The notes beneath the pieces are model-generated. The model was not told where the DNA came from. It saw nothing but the letters and a program-made list of their open reading frames with translations, and ran no database searches. DNA of 64,000 nucleotides from Fimbriimonadales bacterium (lineage in GTDB: Bacteria > Armatimonadota > Fimbriimonadia > Fimbriimonadales > ATM1): positions 1-64,000 of the forward strand of contig JBPCLO010000008.1 in NCBI GenBank assembly GCA_051003155.1, read 5' to 3'. Position 1 is the stretch's first letter. Every line of letters starts with the position of its first letter. Of the stretch, positions 61,094 through 64,000 are shown in pieces. The translations under genes and the position numbers were made by a program.

Positions 61094-62028
61094 CGCGTTT
61101 CATCGTCAGCACTGCGCCGAATAACGGTGCCGAACGGGAGGCTTCGCGCGATTTTCGGCAACTCGCCTTTGGACACAGCCTCGATCGATCTCATCAAGAA
61201 GGGTAGGTTCTCAGCAGCCGGCCACGTGCTGGAGTCCACAGCGCCAGTGTAGGCTACCTTGCCGTCGGCGTCCATCAGGAAGACCTCGGGCGTTCGAGTG
61301 GCGCGATATGCGTCTGCAAACGCGTTCCCCGAATCGAGCGCTATATCGAAGTCCACCTCTGCATTGGCGGCAAAGGTGCTCACGGCGACGGCAGTCTCGT
61401 CGTAATTCGAAAAGAGAGCCAATACCCCAAGCTTCGCTTCGCGGGCCGAAGCCGCGCAGAGCTTGATTCTTTCCAAATATAGTTCGTCGGCCGGGCCAGA
61501 CGAGGATAGGAAGAGCACGAGCAGGCCCAGAGTCTTTTCTGCCTTTGTCGGCGGCGGGAAGCGGAGTTGCAATGTGTTGCCAATGAGTTGAAGCCATCCG
61601 GAAGCGGGCTTTAATTTGGGCAGAACGGCGACGAGCCCTCTTGGATCAGGCACAACATGCCCGATTGCCACCGACGAGCCCTCGAGCCAATCTCCGAGAT
61701 GTGTCTCGAACTTGCCCTGTGCGACAGTTTCCCATCGCTTGACGATGCGGCCCTTTCGATTAACTAAGAGCGCCTCAGGAAAGAGCTTGAGCATGTCAGC
61801 CGTCGCCGTGTAAGCGTTTGGCCCCCCTATGGCGTAGACGGGGGCCAGAGAGAAGTTCCTCACTTCTCCTAACCTTGCCAGGCTATCCAGCAGTCCCCCT
61901 GACGGCTCTCGCAGCACCAAAACCTGCTTGCCCCTAAAAGCGTCCGCAGAGCCCTTGCCGTTGGGCCCCAGAAGAGAGCCGAACGGAAACGCAGAGCCAA
62001 CAGCGAGGGCTGCAATAAGAAGAATCAT
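61090..62028 (-). CDS. Exported redoxin/thioredoxin-fold protein lacking the active-site Cys
   Basis: ADAYRATRTPEVFLMD..GKVAYTGAVD motif; FLSSSGP where F-x3-CP is usual. Confidence 0.7.
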   Translation of the reverse strand: MILLIAALAVGSAFPFGSLLGPNGKGSADAFRGKQVLVLREPSGGLLDSLARLGEVRNFSLAPVYAIGGPNAYTATADMLKLFPEALLVNRKGRIVKRWETVAQGKFETHLGDWLEGSSVAIGHVVPDPRGLVAVLPKLKPASGWLQLIGNTLQLRFPPPTKAEKTLGLLVLFLSSSGPADELYLERIKLCAASAREAKLGVLALFSNYDETAVAVSTFAANAEVDFDIALDSGNAFADAYRATRTPEVFLMDADGKVAYTGAVDSSTWPAAENLPFLMRSIEAVSKGELPKIARSLPFGTVIRRSADDETR

Positions 62029-62058
62029 GCGTGCCGATAGTTTGACGTGCGTCCAGGC

Positions 62059-62093
62059 AAAAAGAAACCCCGGCCACTGGCATGGCGGGGGAT
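62059..62093 (-). terminator. Intrinsic terminator
   Basis: Minus strand ccccgcca-tgccag-tggccgggg followed by tttcttttt. Confidence 0.65.
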
Positions 62094-62106
62094 TGGATTA
62101 GGAGGT

Positions 62107-62925
62107 CTAGAGGGGGCCGTACGCCGGATCGCTTACCGGCTCGGCTTCGGGATTGGTCATCGCCTCGGCCTCAGGTCCCGACTCGACACGCGTAGTTTCG
62201 ATGGTAGCAGGCTGAGCTGGGCTCGGAGAGGGCTCTTCCGTTGTCGACACTTCGGTCGAGATGGCTCCGACAGCACGTGCCTCGGGCAAATAGATGTCGG
62301 CAAGGGTGCTGTTGCCTACTTCCAAATAGATGTCCGTGTTGCGATTTCGCATCAGAATCGAAGAGGTCGTGATTTTGAGGACTACGAAAGTCCTTGTGAT
62401 CGCTTGGCCCTCGAAGACGTTCAAGATGCTGGCGCCTATGCGAAGCACTGCCATCGGCCGCCCGCCCGTCACGACGCCCTTAAGCTCGATTGTGCTGGGC
62501 GGCGGAGCCGGCGGTTGCATCGGCGCTACCGCTCCATTGCCGCCCGAACCGGCGCCGCCGTTGCCTATCTCACCGGGCTCTAGCCGGCCACCATTAGTGC
62601 TCACGGTCCGCGGCACGAAGGGATCGTAATCCAACTTTGCTAGCGGCGATTTGAACGGGTCGCGAGGCGAGCCGTCAGGAATTCCCGACGATGCGTCGGC
62701 GTACGCCTCCCCCGCGACGGGCTGGATTGCGATCGGCTCAGACTGGCCAACGGACGCATCCGGCGAAACCGCGTTGTCGGAAAGCGTTACTGGCGTGTGG
62801 TTACGAGGTTCCCTGTTCTCCGCAAACGCACCCATGACTCGGTACACCATGAACGCCACCGCAGCTACCGTCGCGATCGCAAGTACGATCAATTTCGGTT
62901 TATCTTCCGGACGAGTCTTTTTCAT
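62107..62925 (-). CDS. PilP/GspC-like membrane-anchored type II/IV assembly protein (putative)
   Basis: N-terminal TM, RDPF motif, ELKGVVTGGRPMAVL beta domain; ATGA overlap with the secretin gene. Confidence 0.6.
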   Translation of the reverse strand: MKKTRPEDKPKLIVLAIATVAAVAFMVYRVMGAFAENREPRNHTPVTLSDNAVSPDASVGQSEPIAIQPVAGEAYADASSGIPDGSPRDPFKSPLAKLDYDPFVPRTVSTNGGRLEPGEIGNGGAGSGGNGAVAPMQPPAPPPSTIELKGVVTGGRPMAVLRIGASILNVFEGQAITRTFVVLKITTSSILMRNRNTDIYLEVGNSTLADIYLPEARAVGAISTEVSTTEEPSPSPAQPATIETTRVESGPEAEAMTNPEAEPVSDPAYGPL

Positions 62926-64000
62926 TTACCCTTCTCCTTCTTGATGTCGTCGAGCGATTTGGGAGTCTGCACGCCCGTTCCTTCGCGAACTATTCTCGGG
63001 GTGATGAACACCATGATCTCGCTCTTTCGCTTGCTCGTCGACCGATGCTTGAATAGGTCGCCAACGATCGGAAGCTGCGACAGGAGCGGGACCTCGCGCA
63101 TGGTCTTCGTATGTTCCTCTCGGATCAAGCCGCCGATGACCATCGTCTCGCCGTCCTTGATCATCACCGTCGTTTCTGCCTCTCGAGCGCTCGTCTGAGG
63201 CACGTTGTTGTTGTCGATGGCGGTTACCGTACTAACCACCGGGTGGACGCGCATTGTGATGTTGCCATCCGCATTCACGCGCGGGCGGAGCAGTAGGATG
63301 ATGCCGACTGGGAACTCGACGATTTCGATCGTTTGTTGGCCCAGGCCGCCCGCTTGGGCGATTCGAGCGCGGATCGTGTCACCGATGAAAATATTCGCCT
63401 CATCGCCGTCCAAGACCGCCACTCGAGGTTTCGCAAGAAGCTTCGCCTCTTTGCTGGTGATCAAGGCGCTGAGTATGGAAGTCACGTCCCATGGAAGTCG
63501 GCTAAACGATCCAAGCCCGGCCGGCCGGGTTGAGGAACCGAACGCCGCCAGGGGAGTTCCGGGAGGTGTCTCGAAGAACTGGAACGGAGACCACGACCAG
63601 CGAAGGCCGAGTTCCTCGAGCCGCTCGGGCGACACGTCGAGAACTTGGACTTCTACCATAACCTGCTGCGGCTTCACGTCGACCTGGGCGAGCAAGGCCA
63701 GGGCCTTGGCAAGCTGGTCGTCGGCGCCGCGCAGAACGAGGGTCTTCGCGTCGTCGCCTTCCTTCCGAGTCGTCTGGCCTGAGCCGGCAGCGCCGCCGCC
63801 GCCGGTCGCGCCGCCAGCACCCGCCGCCGTCGCGCTGCCTGAGCTAGAACCGCCCACACCGATCGAAGCGCCCGACAACGGCCGGAAGCCCGGGATCATG
63901 GGCGAGTACGATTCAGGGCCGATCACAGCCAAGACGTCGATATTCGCTCTTTCGAGAAACTCTTTCAAGAGCGGTGCGCTGCTGTAGCGGATTTCGTACA
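62922..64000 (-). CDS. Type II/IV secretion system secretin (GspD/PilQ family), 5' part outside the window
   Basis: QVMVEVQVLDV, LLAKPRV, GETMVIGGL, VPLLSQLPIVGDLF and FITPRIV motifs. Confidence 0.92.
   Translation of the reverse strand, partial: YEIRYSSAPLLKEFLERANIDVLAVIGPESYSPMIPGFRPLSGASIGVGGSSSGSATAAGAGGATGGGGAAGSGQTTRKEGDDAKTLVLRGADDQLAKALALLAQVDVKPQQVMVEVQVLDVSPERLEELGLRWSWSPFQFFETPPGTPLAAFGSSTRPAGLGSFSRLPWDVTSILSALITSKEAKLLAKPRVAVLDGDEANIFIGDTIRARIAQAGGLGQQTIEIVEFPVGIILLLRPRVNADGNITMRVHPVVSTVTAIDNNNVPQTSAREAETTVMIKDGETMVIGGLIREEHTKTMREVPLLSQLPIVGDLFKHRSTSKRKSEIMVFITPRIVREGTGVQTPKSLDDIKKEKGK

Overview
A GC-rich bacterial chromosomal window, most likely Armatimonadota (Fimbriimonadales-like). 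This assignment rests on the 16S rRNA gene, multiple PEP-CTERM proteins and a prepilin/H-X9-DG protein, and is an inference rather than a database result. Core content: coaBC, gmk, yvcK, mutS, priA-def-fmt, pntAA/AB/B, purA, corA, bcp, dacB, hslV, lexA, rsmI, GH29 and GH2 hydrolases, S9/S41 peptidases, an exosortase-EpsI-Wza-Wzc exopolysaccharide locus, the 3' part of a secretin, an IS481 remnant and several decayed genes. The most notable signals are: (1) a cobalamin riboswitch with a start-codon-sequestering hairpin controlling a stand-alone prepilin/H-X9-DG gene, suggesting a pilin-like B12 capture protein; (2) a probable exported selenoprotein that the ORF track splits at an in-frame UGA followed by a SECIS-like hairpin, next to bcp; (3) two intergenic elements of the same architecture (GGAAC-N18-GT ECF-type promoter, shared internal motif, CCUCC-rich tract, terminator) that look like a paralogous sRNA family; (4) a 16S rRNA gene with its own promoter and terminator and no linked 23S; (5) a candidate LexA box. 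Start coordinates were adjusted by eye from the ORF track where a better start was evident.
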